Below are positions 1 through 9,840 of a stretch of DNA of 64,000 bases, in pieces. The position numbers were made by a program, and so were the translations under genes. Where the stretch lies: NCBI GenBank assembly GCA_963796955.1, contig CAWCNJ010000002.1, positions 19,610 to 83,609 on the forward strand, given 5' to 3'. This DNA comes from Endomicrobiales bacterium (lineage in GTDB: Bacteria; Elusimicrobiota; Endomicrobiia; Endomicrobiales; JALOBY01). Below the pieces are notes generated by a model. The model was not told where the DNA came from, ran no database searches, and saw only the letters and a program-made list of their open reading frames with translations. Position 1 is the stretch's first letter; each line of letters opens with the position of its first letter.

Positions 1-236
1 AAGACAAACAGCCAATCACCGGACGCCTTGCTGATCGCGAAATTACGCTGGGGGCCGAAGCCCTGCCAACTCTGTTCAAATATCTTCACATTCAGAAAAC
101 GGCGAGCGATAGTGAGAGTATCATCGGTGCTGCCGGAATCGACCAGGATCACCTCGTCGGCCCAGGCGAGACCGGTAAGGCAGCGCTCGATATTATGAGA
201 TTCGTTCTTGGTGATGACAACGGCGGAAAGTTTCAT
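1..236 (-). CDS. Glycosyltransferase family 2 (WaaE/KdtX-like), runs off the left edge of the window
   Basis: Manual translation MKLSAVVITKNESHNIERCL...VDSGSTDDT...GFGPQRNFA; its ATG overlaps the TGA of the upstream gene. Confidence 0.9.
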   Translation of the reverse strand, partial: MKLSAVVITKNESHNIERCLTGLAWADEVILVDSGSTDDTLTIARRFLNVKIFEQSWQGFGPQRNFAISKASGDWLFV

Positions 237-1054
237 TTTAATGCCGGCACTTCTTTGCCGGTGTACTTCCACACTACTGATAACAACTGTGTTTCCCATG
301 CGGGACGGTTCTTTATAAAATATTTCATCAGGGATTGGCGGTACATTTTGGCTTTGTCGAAGTTCGCGTTATCCGAGCCGAGGCCGCCGAAGTGGGTTAC
401 GCGGGCGGCGGGCAGGTAGGCGATCTTCAGGCCTTTGGCTTTTATCGCGTGGAACAGGTCGGTTTCTTCAAGGTAGAAGAAATATCTTTCATCGAGGCCG
501 TTCACCAACGATAATATTGTTTTTGTGGTAAGGAAGGCGGCGCCGCGCAGGGAGGGCACGGTGTACCAGGTCCCCTCTGTATAGGCATTTTCCCGCAGGC
601 TTACCCTGAGTTTGAACCACGGTTTGAAGAGTTCGGTAACGAGAGTAGGTTCCGGCCAGACTGATTTTTGAATGGTGCCGTCCTTACGCAGCAGGCGCGG
701 ACCTATGACGCCTATGGTTGGCTCGGCTTCAAGAGTATCGGCCATTTTTGATACGGCGTTATTCAACAGCTCGGTGTCGGTGTTAATAAAAAGCACCGGA
801 TCGTTCGTTGCGGCGCGCCAGCCCTGATTGGCGGCAGCGGCAAAACCCTTGTTCTCTGTATTTTGAATTACTTTGAGATCAGGATACTGCAGCAGAGCGG
901 CTGCGATGGAACCGTCAGAGGAATTATTGTCTACGATGATCCATTCGGCGTTCCCGGGGGATGTTAACGGGTCTTTGGCGGCAAAGGAGGCAAGGCACCC
1001 GAAAAGGGTGCTGCCGGAATTTCTGGTGACCAGGACGATGGAAAGTTTTTTCAT
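233..1054 (-). CDS. Glycosyltransferase family 2
   Basis: IIVDNNSSDGS, NKGFAAAANQG, FINTD and FYLEETD motifs. Confidence 0.9.
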   Translation of the reverse strand: MKKLSIVLVTRNSGSTLFGCLASFAAKDPLTSPGNAEWIIVDNNSSDGSIAAALLQYPDLKVIQNTENKGFAAAANQGWRAATNDPVLFINTDTELLNNAVSKMADTLEAEPTIGVIGPRLLRKDGTIQKSVWPEPTLVTELFKPWFKLRVSLRENAYTEGTWYTVPSLRGAAFLTTKTILSLVNGLDERYFFYLEETDLFHAIKAKGLKIAYLPAARVTHFGGLGSDNANFDKAKMYRQSLMKYFIKNRPAWETQLLSVVWKYTGKEVPALK

Positions 1055-1065
1055 GTTTTACACCC

Positions 1066-1158
1066 AACAACACCTTAGTGGACAACTAAGTGGACGCACA
1101 ACACCTTATGGACAACAGAGCGGACGACGGAGTGGACACTCATAACACCGGACACTCA
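1066..1158. repeat. Degenerate ~12-nt tandem repeat with GGAC(A/G) core
   Basis: agtggacaacta, agtggacgcaca, tatggacaacag, agcggacgacgg, agtggacactcat, ccggacactcat. Confidence 0.6.
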
Positions 1159-2401
1159 TTACAACCTGCCACTTCCCAGCACCAAACCGGTGAGCCATAG
1201 CAGGTCCATGGCTACGCCGGGGCCGCGCAGGTGGGTGTCGAACAGGTCGCCCAAGGCGACGGTTACCAGGCCGAAACAAACGCCGATCGCCAGGGCGCTG
1301 ATGAAACCGGTGTTATTGCGATGTTTCAGGTACAAGGCGCGCACCACATTAAACAATAAAAATACGAATAATCCAAGCCCGATCAGGCCTGTTTCGGCGG
1401 CTGTCGTTAAATACAGGGAATGAAGGTGGCCGTGGCGCGGGCGGCCGTTCTCATCGAGAAAATCTTTCTTACCTACTCTGTCGAAATATTCCTTCATGCT
1501 CGTGGCCTGTCCGGGGCCGAAACCGAAGAAGGGGCGGTCATGTATTTCCCATAAGAGCGATATGATACAGGTCCAGGCGCTCATGCACGTTGCTGTCGGT
1601 AATGAGGCCGCCTTCAGGGGCCTTATGATGGATCATCTGCTGAACCGCCGATACGACACGCCTGTGAACAAGCGGATTAAGCTTATAGATGGCGCCGAAA
1701 AAAAGCAGACTTAAAAATACGACCGCGGCACCCCGGGTAAAACGTTTAAAGCGCAGCACATAATAGACGATAAACAACAACAGCGAAGCGCCCAAAGCGA
1801 TGTAGTATCCGCGCGATCCGGTCAAGACCACCGCCAGACACAGGAATACACCGGCGGCAATATATATTATACGGCTTTTAGCGGAGGAGGTCTCATCGAA
1901 AATGGCGAGCGAAAAAGATATGAGCGCTAAATTTGAGCAGACGGCCGCAAGAGCTATATGGTGGCGCAGCCCTTTTAATAGATTATTCTGCACTAATAGA
2001 AAGGTGCCGAAATGCTGCCAGAAAAACCCGAAATACGCGAGCACCGAAAACGCGACTATGGCGAACAACATCCAATAGTAAATGGTAAAAGCTCTGCGCA
2101 CTTTAAGGGCATCAGCCAGAAGGAAACCCGCCGCGAACGGGCACAGCCAGTGGGCAAAAAAACCGAAGACAATACCGTATCCTGCCTGCGGCTGAGAAGA
2201 AAAAAGCGTGCGTAACAATAAAAATAACAGATAGGCGAGCATGAGATACACCAGCGGTTCTTTCTTAAGCGTTCCCGCCTTAGTAAAACCGGAACAGACC
2301 GTTGCTAATACGATACCTCCGCCGAGATAACACCATACGTGGCTAAACGGCAGGCCATACGCAATGATCAGGTTAGCGATATATATTGATCTTTCAAACA
2401 T
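1159..2401 (-). CDS. O-antigen ligase (WaaL/Wzy_C family), split by a frameshift near 1548-1550
   Basis: Multi-TM ORF with LTGSRG and ERLDLY, followed in another frame by RPFFGFGPG...HLHSLYL; removing one G of GGG rejoins them. Confidence 0.8.
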
Positions 2402-3491
2402 TGAGCACTTCCCGGTATATGGCGAGCGTCGCACTGAACGTAAGTTCCTTGCTGAAAGTTTTCGCGGCAAAGACCGCTGCGGTCATGCCCATACGAGAAC
2501 GAAGCGAGGCATCAGAAAGCAGGGAAAGGAGAGCTGTCCGCAATTGAGAGGTATCATCCGGCGGGATAAGGAAACCCGTGATCTTATCCTGAATGGTTTC
2601 CGGTATCCCGCCCACATTTGTTCCGATAACCGGCTTACCAAGCGCTTGCGCTTCCGCCATCACCTGACCGAAGGCTTCGGTGTCCCACGACAACAGGCAG
2701 CAGATATCCATCGCCGCCATATAGCGTTCTATATTTTCCTGCTGACCTGTAAAGATAACGGTTCTTTCAAGACCGAGCACCCGGCCGCGTTCTTCAAGCT
2801 CCCTGCGCAGAGTGCCCTCGCCGACTATCAGGTAGCGGGCGTTCGGGAATTCTTTCTTCAACGTCTGCGCGGCTTCCAGCAGTGTGCGCTGGCCTTTGCC
2901 TTTGGGCTTATTGATCGCGCCTACGGCGCCGACAATAACGTCTTCCGGCGAGAAACCATATTTTCGCCGTATATCTCCGCCCGGCACGGATGGATTGAAC
3001 ACCGATGTGTCAACCCCGTTATAGACCACCGCGCACTTCGAAGCAGGCACGCGATCTATGGCGATCAAACCTTGAGCGACCGCCTGTGAGACCGCGATCA
3101 CCTTGTCGGCAAAACGGTAGTGCAGGCGGCTGTACCAGGGATGGTTCGTCTGCATGTGACGGTGAAAAATGATCTTAGCCGGCCTCCCTGCGAGCAGGTT
3201 GGCGATTATCGCCGCCCAGTACAGTTTGCCCTGATGAACGTGGACAATATCGATCTTTTCCCTGCGCAGGGCGAACACCAAACTGAAAATACCGAACGGT
3301 TCAAAGGATCCCCTGATGGATAGCGGGCGATGGACCAGTTTTAATTTGGCAGCCTTTTCTGCAAGGTAGCTGTAGCGCGGCGCACCGATGATATTGTGCA
3401 CGCCCATTGTTTCCAGACCAGAGGCGAGTTCTAACAGCATCCGCTCCGCCCCGCCCGTACCCATGGTTGAATAAAGATGCAATACGTTCAT
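2394..3491 (-). CDS. Glycosyltransferase family 4
   Basis: GGAER, VYNGVD, EAFGQVMAEA and GGIPE motifs. Confidence 0.92.
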   Translation of the reverse strand: MNVLHLYSTMGTGGAERMLLELASGLETMGVHNIIGAPRYSYLAEKAAKLKLVHRPLSIRGSFEPFGIFSLVFALRREKIDIVHVHQGKLYWAAIIANLLAGRPAKIIFHRHMQTNHPWYSRLHYRFADKVIAVSQAVAQGLIAIDRVPASKCAVVYNGVDTSVFNPSVPGGDIRRKYGFSPEDVIVGAVGAINKPKGKGQRTLLEAAQTLKKEFPNARYLIVGEGTLRRELEERGRVLGLERTVIFTGQQENIERYMAAMDICCLLSWDTEAFGQVMAEAQALGKPVIGTNVGGIPETIQDKITGFLIPPDDTSQLRTALLSLLSDASLRSRMGMTAAVFAAKTFSKELTFSATLAIYREVLNV

Positions 3492-3523
3492 GTTATTCCT
3501 TAAACTGATGCACTATCCGGGTT

Positions 3524-3564
3524 AAAAAACAAAAGCCCTGAAAACATTTCGTTTTCGGGGCTTT
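3524..3564 (-). terminator. Intrinsic terminator after tRNA-Asp
   Basis: aaagccctgaaaac/gttttcggggcttt hairpin followed by a T-rich tract on the minus strand. Confidence 0.75.
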
Positions 3565-3573
3565 CAGATAAGC

Positions 3574-3651
3574 TGGCGGGGACGACGGGATTTGAACCCG
3601 CGATCTCTGCCTTGACAGGGCAGCGTGTTAACCAGGCTACACCACATCCCC
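3574..3651 (-). tRNA. tRNA-Asp(GTC)
   Basis: Cloverleaf; anticodon arm ctgcc-ctGTCaa-ggcag; CCA encoded. Confidence 0.96.
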
Positions 3652-3733
3652 AGCTTCTATTTATTGCGAGCGATTTCAGCACGGGATTTCCCTTCGCTCC
3701 ATATTTCAAATTCTTCAAATATTTTGAGTGTTA

Positions 3734-3762
3734 TTTATACTATATTACAGACAAACTGTCAA
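3734..3762 (-). promoter_or_regulatory. Sigma70 promoter for tRNA-Asp
   Basis: TTGACA-17-TATAAA. Confidence 0.6.
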
Positions 3763-3768
3763 ATATAG

Positions 3769-3840
3769 TGGGCAATGCAGGGCTTGAACCTGCGACCCCT
3801 TCCTTGTAAGGGAAGTGCTCTTCCGCTGAGCTAATTGCCC
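3769..3840 (-). tRNA. tRNA-Val(TAC)
   Basis: Anticodon arm cttcc-ctTACaa-ggaag; CCA not encoded. Confidence 0.95.
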
Positions 3841-3869
3841 GCTGACAATTCACAGATGATATCAAATAC

Positions 3870-5171
3870 TTAGCGGGGTTTCAAGACCCGGCGGAAGACT
3901 TCATTTATATTTTTATAATGGGACTTGATGTCAAAGTGCTCTTTTATCTCCGCGGGGCTCAGGTGCTGCAGGATATCCTGGCTCGCAAGGACCACGGTTT
4001 CCAGGGGCTTTTTAGTTTCCCGGGCGGTAAAAGCGGCTTTCTGCATCAGGGCGTAAGACTCTTCGCGTGTAAGCCCCTTGTCCACCAACGCCAGCAGCAG
4101 CGCCCCTGAAAAAACGGTGTCTTGCGAGCGCGAAAGATTGTTCATCATATTCTCCGGATAGACGCGCAGTCCCGAGAGCACATAATTCATTCTGGCAAGC
4201 ATGAAATCCAGCGCAATGCAGGCGTCCGGAAAGATCACGCGCTCGGCGGCAGAATGGCTGATATCCCGTTCGTGCCAAAGGGCGATATTTTCCATACCGG
4301 TGGCGGCAAAACCGCGCAACAACCTTGCAAGGCCGCAAACGTTTTCCGACATTATCGGATTGCGTTTATGGGGCATAGCGGAACTACCCTTCTGTCCTTC
4401 GGTAAAAGGTTCTTCAGCTTCAAGCACTTCAGTTCTCTGCAGGTGGCGTATTTCCGTTGCGATACGCTCCAGCGATGCGCCGATAATAGCGATCTTGCAA
4501 AGGAAATATGCGTGGCGGTCCCTGGGTATTATCTGGGTTGAAACAGGTTCTACCTGCAGTCCAAGCTTCTTACAAACATACGCCTCAACTTTAGGGCTCA
4601 GGTGCGCGTAAGTACCGACAGCACCCGATATCTTCCCGAAAGCGATCCATTTTTTTGTTTGTTCGATAAGCACTTTCGCGCGCTGGATCTCTGTATACCA
4701 ACCGAGTGCTTTGTAACCGAACGTAGTAGGCTCAGCGTGCACCCCGTGGGTGCGGCCCATGGTCGGTGTGTCTTTATATTTCAATGCCAGACCTTTAAGC
4801 GTGCCGAGCAGCGTTACCACGCCCTTATGCAGCAGATCGCAAGATTCACTTATCTGCACGGCAAAGGCGGTATCTAAAACGTCTGAGGAGGTCATACCCA
4901 GATGCAGGAAGCGGGCTGAGGGGCCGACGGTTTCAACGACCTGGGAAAGAAAGGCTATCACGTCATGTTTTACGGTTTTCTCTATTTCTGCGATACGAGT
5001 AACATCGATGCGGGCCTTATTACGTATTTCAGCAACAGCCGCCCTAGGCACTTTCTTAAGTGGCACCATAGCTTCGGCCGCCAGTATTTCTACTTCCAGC
5101 ATCGACTCAAAACGGTGTTCATCGGACCAAATCTTCGCCATTTCAGGGCGTGTATAACGCGTAATCATCAT
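3870..5171 (-). CDS. purB: Adenylosuccinate lyase
   Basis: GSSAMPHKRNP signature; GRTHGVHAEP. Confidence 0.97.
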   Translation of the reverse strand: MMITRYTRPEMAKIWSDEHRFESMLEVEILAAEAMVPLKKVPRAAVAEIRNKARIDVTRIAEIEKTVKHDVIAFLSQVVETVGPSARFLHLGMTSSDVLDTAFAVQISESCDLLHKGVVTLLGTLKGLALKYKDTPTMGRTHGVHAEPTTFGYKALGWYTEIQRAKVLIEQTKKWIAFGKISGAVGTYAHLSPKVEAYVCKKLGLQVEPVSTQIIPRDRHAYFLCKIAIIGASLERIATEIRHLQRTEVLEAEEPFTEGQKGSSAMPHKRNPIMSENVCGLARLLRGFAATGMENIALWHERDISHSAAERVIFPDACIALDFMLARMNYVLSGLRVYPENMMNNLSRSQDTVFSGALLLALVDKGLTREESYALMQKAAFTARETKKPLETVVLASQDILQHLSPAEIKEHFDIKSHYKNINEVFRRVLKPR

Positions 5172-5184
5172 TTCTCCTTTCGAT

Positions 5185-5311
5185 GGCTGTGTGCGAGAAC
5201 TTTTTCAGTGAGTATTTTCAGAGTGTGTCGCCTCTAGAGGCCCTCGTTATGAGACGCAGTCTCAGAGGGCCGTTCTGAAAATACTCGCTGGAAAAGTTCT
5301 TGTACACAGCC
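5185..5311. mobile_element. MITE-like 127-bp element with 38-bp terminal inverted repeats
   Basis: 5185-5222 is the reverse complement of 5274-5311 with 4 mismatches; nested internal hairpin. Confidence 0.7.
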
Positions 5312-5341
5312 GGTTTTGAGATGAGACAAAACAGCAAACTA

Positions 5342-5905
5342 CTACAATATTCTTTCGATTGCTTGAGGATATATTTCATGTTCTACGGAAAGCACACGCT
5401 TGGCCAGCGTTTCTGGCGTATCATCAGGCAGCACAGGAACGCGCTTTTGCAAAATAGCGGTTCCGTGGTCGTATTCTTCGTCTACCCAGTGCACGGTGGC
5501 GCCGGATTCTTTTTCCCCCGCTGCGACGACAGCCTCGTGCACAAAATGGCCGTACATTCCCTTACCACCGAACTTCGGCAGAAGGGCCGGGTGTATGTTT
5601 ATTATTTTACCTCTAAAAGCCTCTATAAAACTATCGTCCAGTTTACGCATATATCCGGCAAGGCATATCAGGCCTATATTCAAACCGCGCAAACGCGCGA
5701 TCATTTCATTTGAGTTTTTTCCCGCGACAAAACCTTGTATTCCGTGTCTGAAAGCACGCTGCAGCGCGAAGGCATCCGGCCTGCTTGAGATAACGATGGA
5801 AACCTCAGCCTTATCACGCAGGATGCCGCTCTCGCAGGCATCTATGATCGCCTGCAGGTTGCTGCCGCCCCCCGAAACGAGCACGCCGAGCTTTACTTTA
5901 GACAA
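5342..5905 (-). CDS. purN: Phosphoribosylglycinamide formyltransferase
   Basis: SGGGSNLQA, NIHPALLP, GATVHWV. Confidence 0.96.
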   Translation of the reverse strand: MSKVKLGVLVSGGGSNLQAIIDACESGILRDKAEVSIVISSRPDAFALQRAFRHGIQGFVAGKNSNEMIARLRGLNIGLICLAGYMRKLDDSFIEAFRGKIINIHPALLPKFGGKGMYGHFVHEAVVAAGEKESGATVHWVDEEYDHGTAILQKRVPVLPDDTPETLAKRVLSVEHEIYPQAIERIL

Positions 5906-6860
5906 CGTCCACCCCGCGGGTACTTTTAACTACGTTACCAATGATCTTCGCACCCTTGAAGAATTGCGCGATCTTTTCAGCTTCATTGCCGCGGCATATT
6001 AGAGCCATGCCTATTCCCATGTTAAGGGTACGATAAATTTCTTTATCCGCAATAGTGCCTTTCTTTTGCACCAGTTCGAATATCGCCGGCACCTTCCAGG
6101 AACCTTTTTTAATGATCACCCTGCAATTGTCCGGAAGTATGCGTTCTATCTTATCATAAAAGCTTCCGCCGGTAATGTGGGCAATGCCCGTTATTGCCTC
6201 GGTTTTCGCATTAAAGCGATCAAGGGCAGCAAGGACCTCTTTCACATATATACGCGTCGGTGCCAACAGTGCTTTAGCGTGTTTTTTTACTTCTGCCGAA
6301 GACAAGGCAGCGCGGATAAGAGAGTAACCGTTTGAATGGGGACCGCTGGAAGGCAGGCCAACCACAACATCGCCCGGCTTGATATTTTTGCCTGTTATCT
6401 CTTTACCTTTTTTAAGCATCCCTGTACAAAAACCGGCGAGGTCGTATTCTCCGGGCGGGTAGAAACCGGGCATTTCGGCGGTTTCGCCGCCGATCAGGGC
6501 GCAGCCGGCTATGTCACAGCCTTTTTTAATGCCGGCGATAACTTTTTCAGCCTGCCCGACGTTAAGTTTGCCGCATGCGAAATAATCCAGAAAGAACAAC
6601 GGCTTTGCGCCGCAGCAGATAATATCGTTGACGTTCATCGCCACCAGGTCGATGCCGACGGTGTCATGTTTGTTCAGCATAAAAGCAAGTTTCAGTTTGG
6701 TGCCCACCCCGTCGGTGGAACTGACAAGATTAATGTCCGTACCGGGCAATGGGAAGCTGCCGCCAAAACCGCCTATTTTGGGAAGTTTCTTTTTTATTCT
6801 TTTTACCAGCTCGTTGCCGGCATCAATATCAACACCGGCTTTTTTGTAAGAAATGGACAT
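5898..6860 (-). CDS. purM: AIR synthetase
   Basis: YKKAGVDI, DGVGTK, GGETAEMP, HSNGYSL. Confidence 0.97.
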   Translation of the reverse strand: MSISYKKAGVDIDAGNELVKRIKKKLPKIGGFGGSFPLPGTDINLVSSTDGVGTKLKLAFMLNKHDTVGIDLVAMNVNDIICCGAKPLFFLDYFACGKLNVGQAEKVIAGIKKGCDIAGCALIGGETAEMPGFYPPGEYDLAGFCTGMLKKGKEITGKNIKPGDVVVGLPSSGPHSNGYSLIRAALSSAEVKKHAKALLAPTRIYVKEVLAALDRFNAKTEAITGIAHITGGSFYDKIERILPDNCRVIIKKGSWKVPAIFELVQKKGTIADKEIYRTLNMGIGMALICRGNEAEKIAQFFKGAKIIGNVVKSTRGVDVV

Positions 6861-6924
6861 GAAAAATCTCCTAAAAAATGGACTTAACGGACTTTATGGA
6901 CGACATAACGGACAAAACTTAAAT

Positions 6925-7503
6925 TTACTTACGGCTGCCGGGTTTAACGGGTGCTGAACCGGCTTTACAGAGCGGACATTCTTCGGCTTTGTAGCTTTTT
7001 ACGTCAAGGCTGAGCAAAGAAAAGAACGGCACACCAAAACTAACCTTTCCGGCTGAACGGTCAACGAGAGAGGATACGGCGACAACTTTTGGCTTGTAAG
7101 ACGATATCGCCTCAATAACCTCTTTTGTTGAAAGACCTGTTGTTATCACATCTTCAACAACCACCGTAACTTCGCCTTCTTTTATATTGAAACCCCGTCG
7201 AAGGACGAGTTTTCCTTCGACCCGTTCACAAAATATGGCACGGCACCCGAGCGCCCTGGCTATTTCCTGCCCGACCACGATCCCGCCGAGCGCTGGAGAA
7301 ACGACCACGCCAACCGGCTCTTTTACTTCTATTTTTATCTTGGCAGCAAGGGCTTGTGCGCATACGGCGGCTTGCGCGGGATGCTGAAGTATAAGTGCCG
7401 ATTGGAAATAGGTGTCTGAGTGCAGCCCGCTGGAAAGCAGAAAGTGACCGCTTAACAGCGCCTGATTATCCTCGAAAAGCTTCTTAGTCTTGTTCTGGTC
7501 CAT
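6925..7503 (-). CDS. pyrE: Orotate phosphoribosyltransferase
   Basis: GHFLLSSGLHS; VVEDVITTG PRPP motif. Confidence 0.95.
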   Translation of the reverse strand: MDQNKTKKLFEDNQALLSGHFLLSSGLHSDTYFQSALILQHPAQAAVCAQALAAKIKIEVKEPVGVVVSPALGGIVVGQEIARALGCRAIFCERVEGKLVLRRGFNIKEGEVTVVVEDVITTGLSTKEVIEAISSYKPKVVAVSSLVDRSAGKVSFGVPFFSLLSLDVKSYKAEECPLCKAGSAPVKPGSRK

Positions 7504-7517
7504 GTGGTTAGCTCCGT

Positions 7518-8168
7518 TTATTTAATGCTTTCAATTTCTTCGGTAACGCGTTTCGCGGCTTCTACGGGATCCGCAGCTTCTATTATCGGCCGGCCTACGA
7601 CTATGAAATCGGCGCCGGCTTTGATCGCCATTGACGGGGTCGCGATACGCTGCTGATCGTTCTTTGCGTCGGTTGCCATGCGGATGCCCGGGGTTATTAC
7701 GGAAAAATCTTTTCCGCAGGCCTTTTTAATAAGTTCTATTTCGTGCGGACTTGAAATGACGCCGTCTACGCCGCTTTTTTTTGCCAGCAATGCGCGGTCG
7801 CGGACAACGGTTGGATCGGTCACCTGGCTGGTAAGCACGGTAACCGCCCACAGGCGCGGCCTGCCCGGCACCGCAGCCGCTTCTTTCATCATCGGTTCCC
7901 CGCCCGAAGAGTGCAGGGTCAGGCTGTAGACACCCATATCCTTCGCCGATTGCACGGCACGCGAAACCGTCGCCGGAATATCATGGAATTTCAGATCAAG
8001 AAAAACTTCGTTACCCGCTTTTCTGATATCTTCAATGATGCGCGGGCCGGACTGCAGAAAAAGGATCGGTCCCACCTTGAAAATATCGGCGTACGGTGAA
8101 AGCCGCTCAACCAGTTCCATTGCCTTGCCATACTCATACACATCAAGCGCGACGATAAGTTTCTTCAT
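7518..8168 (-). CDS. pyrF: OMP decarboxylase
   Basis: FLDLKFHDIPATV, TPGIR, VVGRPI. Confidence 0.97.
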   Translation of the reverse strand: MKKLIVALDVYEYGKAMELVERLSPYADIFKVGPILFLQSGPRIIEDIRKAGNEVFLDLKFHDIPATVSRAVQSAKDMGVYSLTLHSSGGEPMMKEAAAVPGRPRLWAVTVLTSQVTDPTVVRDRALLAKKSGVDGVISSPHEIELIKKACGKDFSVITPGIRMATDAKNDQQRIATPSMAIKAGADFIVVGRPIIEAADPVEAAKRVTEEIESIK

Positions 8169-9079
8169 GATTTAATTTTCCCCGTCATATCCGCTATAGA
8201 TTTAATGCCGTATTCCTTCATGTACTCTTCGATCTCCAGCGCAACCCTCGGGGCGGCGTTCGCGTCGACAAAACTCGCGGTGCCCACGCTTACCGCTGCC
8301 GCGCCCGCGAGCAGGAACTCAACGGCATCTTCGCCGGAACTGATGCCGCCGCCGCCGATTATCGGGCAGTGATGATTTCGGTACACTTCCCAGACGGCCC
8401 GCACGGCCATGGGCTTGACCGCAGGCCCTGAAAGGCCGCCCGTTACCGTGGAAAGCCTGGGTTTCCAGGTGCGGACATCTATCGCCATCGCCGGGAATGT
8501 ATTGACCAGGGAAAGCACCCTCGCCCCGGCGCCAAGGGCGATATTCGCGCTATAGGCAATGTCCGTCAATTGCGGCGAAAGTTTCGCTATTACCGGCACG
8601 CTGAGGCGCTTACAGGCGCCTTTAATTACCAGGCGCATAAGCGTTTCATCCTGGCAGACTATTTTTTTCTGCAGGTTAGGGCAGGAAAGGTTAAGTTCTA
8701 CCGCCGAAATACCCTTTTGCCCGGCCATAATGTCTATCGCCGCCAGATATTCTTTTTCGGTGTGTCCCGCGATGCTGACGATAACTGGAACCCTCAGTTT
8801 TCTTAATACCGGCAGTTTTTGCGTCACAAAAGCTGCTGCGCCGATATTTTGCAGGCCTATCGTGTTCAGCATCCCGCTTGCAGCTTCAGCCACGCGCGGA
8901 GCGGGATTGCCGGCCTTCGGCTGTATCGTTATGGTTTTTGTCACTATGGCGCCAAGCGCCTGGATGTCGCACAGATCGGCCAGCTCATCACCGTAGCCGA
9001 ATGTGCCTGAGGCGGTAACGACGGGATTCTTAAGTTTTATACCGGCAAGGATCGTTGAACAGTTTGGTTTCATTGCCAA
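8165..9079 (-). CDS. pyrD: Dihydroorotate dehydrogenase 1B catalytic subunit
   Basis: ASGTFGYG, NLSCPN, GGLSGPA. Confidence 0.96.
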   Translation of the reverse strand: MAMKPNCSTILAGIKLKNPVVTASGTFGYGDELADLCDIQALGAIVTKTITIQPKAGNPAPRVAEAASGMLNTIGLQNIGAAAFVTQKLPVLRKLRVPVIVSIAGHTEKEYLAAIDIMAGQKGISAVELNLSCPNLQKKIVCQDETLMRLVIKGACKRLSVPVIAKLSPQLTDIAYSANIALGAGARVLSLVNTFPAMAIDVRTWKPRLSTVTGGLSGPAVKPMAVRAVWEVYRNHHCPIIGGGGISSGEDAVEFLLAGAAAVSVGTASFVDANAAPRVALEIEEYMKEYGIKSIADMTGKIKS

Positions 9080-9840
9080 TCCACGTGGGAGATATTAAAT
9101 ACCGGACCGTCCGAGCAGGCGCGTTTATATTCGCCTTTGATACGCACCGCGCAGCCCTGGCAGACGCCGGTGCCGCAGGCCATTTTTTCTTCCAGTGATA
9201 CATATCCTTCGATGGCGTTCTCGCGGGCGACAGCAGCCACTTTGCTCAACATCAGATGGGGGCCGCAGGCGAATATAACAAGATCATGACAGGTATTATT
9301 CTTAAAATGGTCTGTGCAGGCCGTGGTGACATAACCCTTTATGCCGGCCGAGGCGTCTTCTGTCGCAACGATTATTTTCCAGCCGGTCTTTTTGAAATGC
9401 TCCAGGTTCACCAGTTCTTGTCTATTCTTTGCACCGTAAAAAAGTATGCCCGGTTTTTTGAGTTTTGCAGCTAGAAAACTTAAGGAGGCTATCCCGCTGC
9501 CGCCGGCTATCAGAACAGGCGTTTTGCCGTGTGCAGCTGCAAGTGGATAGCCGCTACCCAGGGGTCCCAGCACTTCAACGATATCACCCTTGCGCATCAC
9601 GGATAAGGTTTCAGTTCCTGTGCCGACGACTTTATAAATGAAGGTCAGCAACCCTGAAGCGGTCCCTGCGATGCTTAAAGGGCGGCGCAAATAAACACCG
9701 GGCACGGATAATTGGCAGAACTGGCCGGGCATAGAAAACCGGGCTAACTGTTCAGCCGCAATCTGCATTTTGTAGTAGCCCGGTGCCAGGCACGTATTAT
9801 CAGCTATTGTTAATAGGTAATTCCGTCTTCTATGTTCCAG
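9070..9840 (-). CDS. pyrK: Dihydroorotate dehydrogenase electron-transfer subunit (start proposed at CTG 9840; first ATG at 9768)
   Basis: LRRPLSI; MACGTGVCQGC...CSDGPVF [2Fe-2S] motif. Confidence 0.92.
   Translation of the reverse strand: MEHRRRNYLLTIADNTCLAPGYYKMQIAAEQLARFSMPGQFCQLSVPGVYLRRPLSIAGTASGLLTFIYKVVGTGTETLSVMRKGDIVEVLGPLGSGYPLAAAHGKTPVLIAGGSGIASLSFLAAKLKKPGILFYGAKNRQELVNLEHFKKTGWKIIVATEDASAGIKGYVTTACTDHFKNNTCHDLVIFACGPHLMLSKVAAVARENAIEGYVSLEEKMACGTGVCQGCAVRIKGEYKRACSDGPVFNISHVDWQ

Noticed and set aside
1066..1158. Possible CRISPR array
   Set aside because: Units are too short and degenerate, with no unique spacers and no cas genes
3500..3718. ORFs over tRNA genes (also 27158-27349, 50518-50787, 33811-34069)
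   Set aside because: They read through tRNA genes or their repeat cassettes
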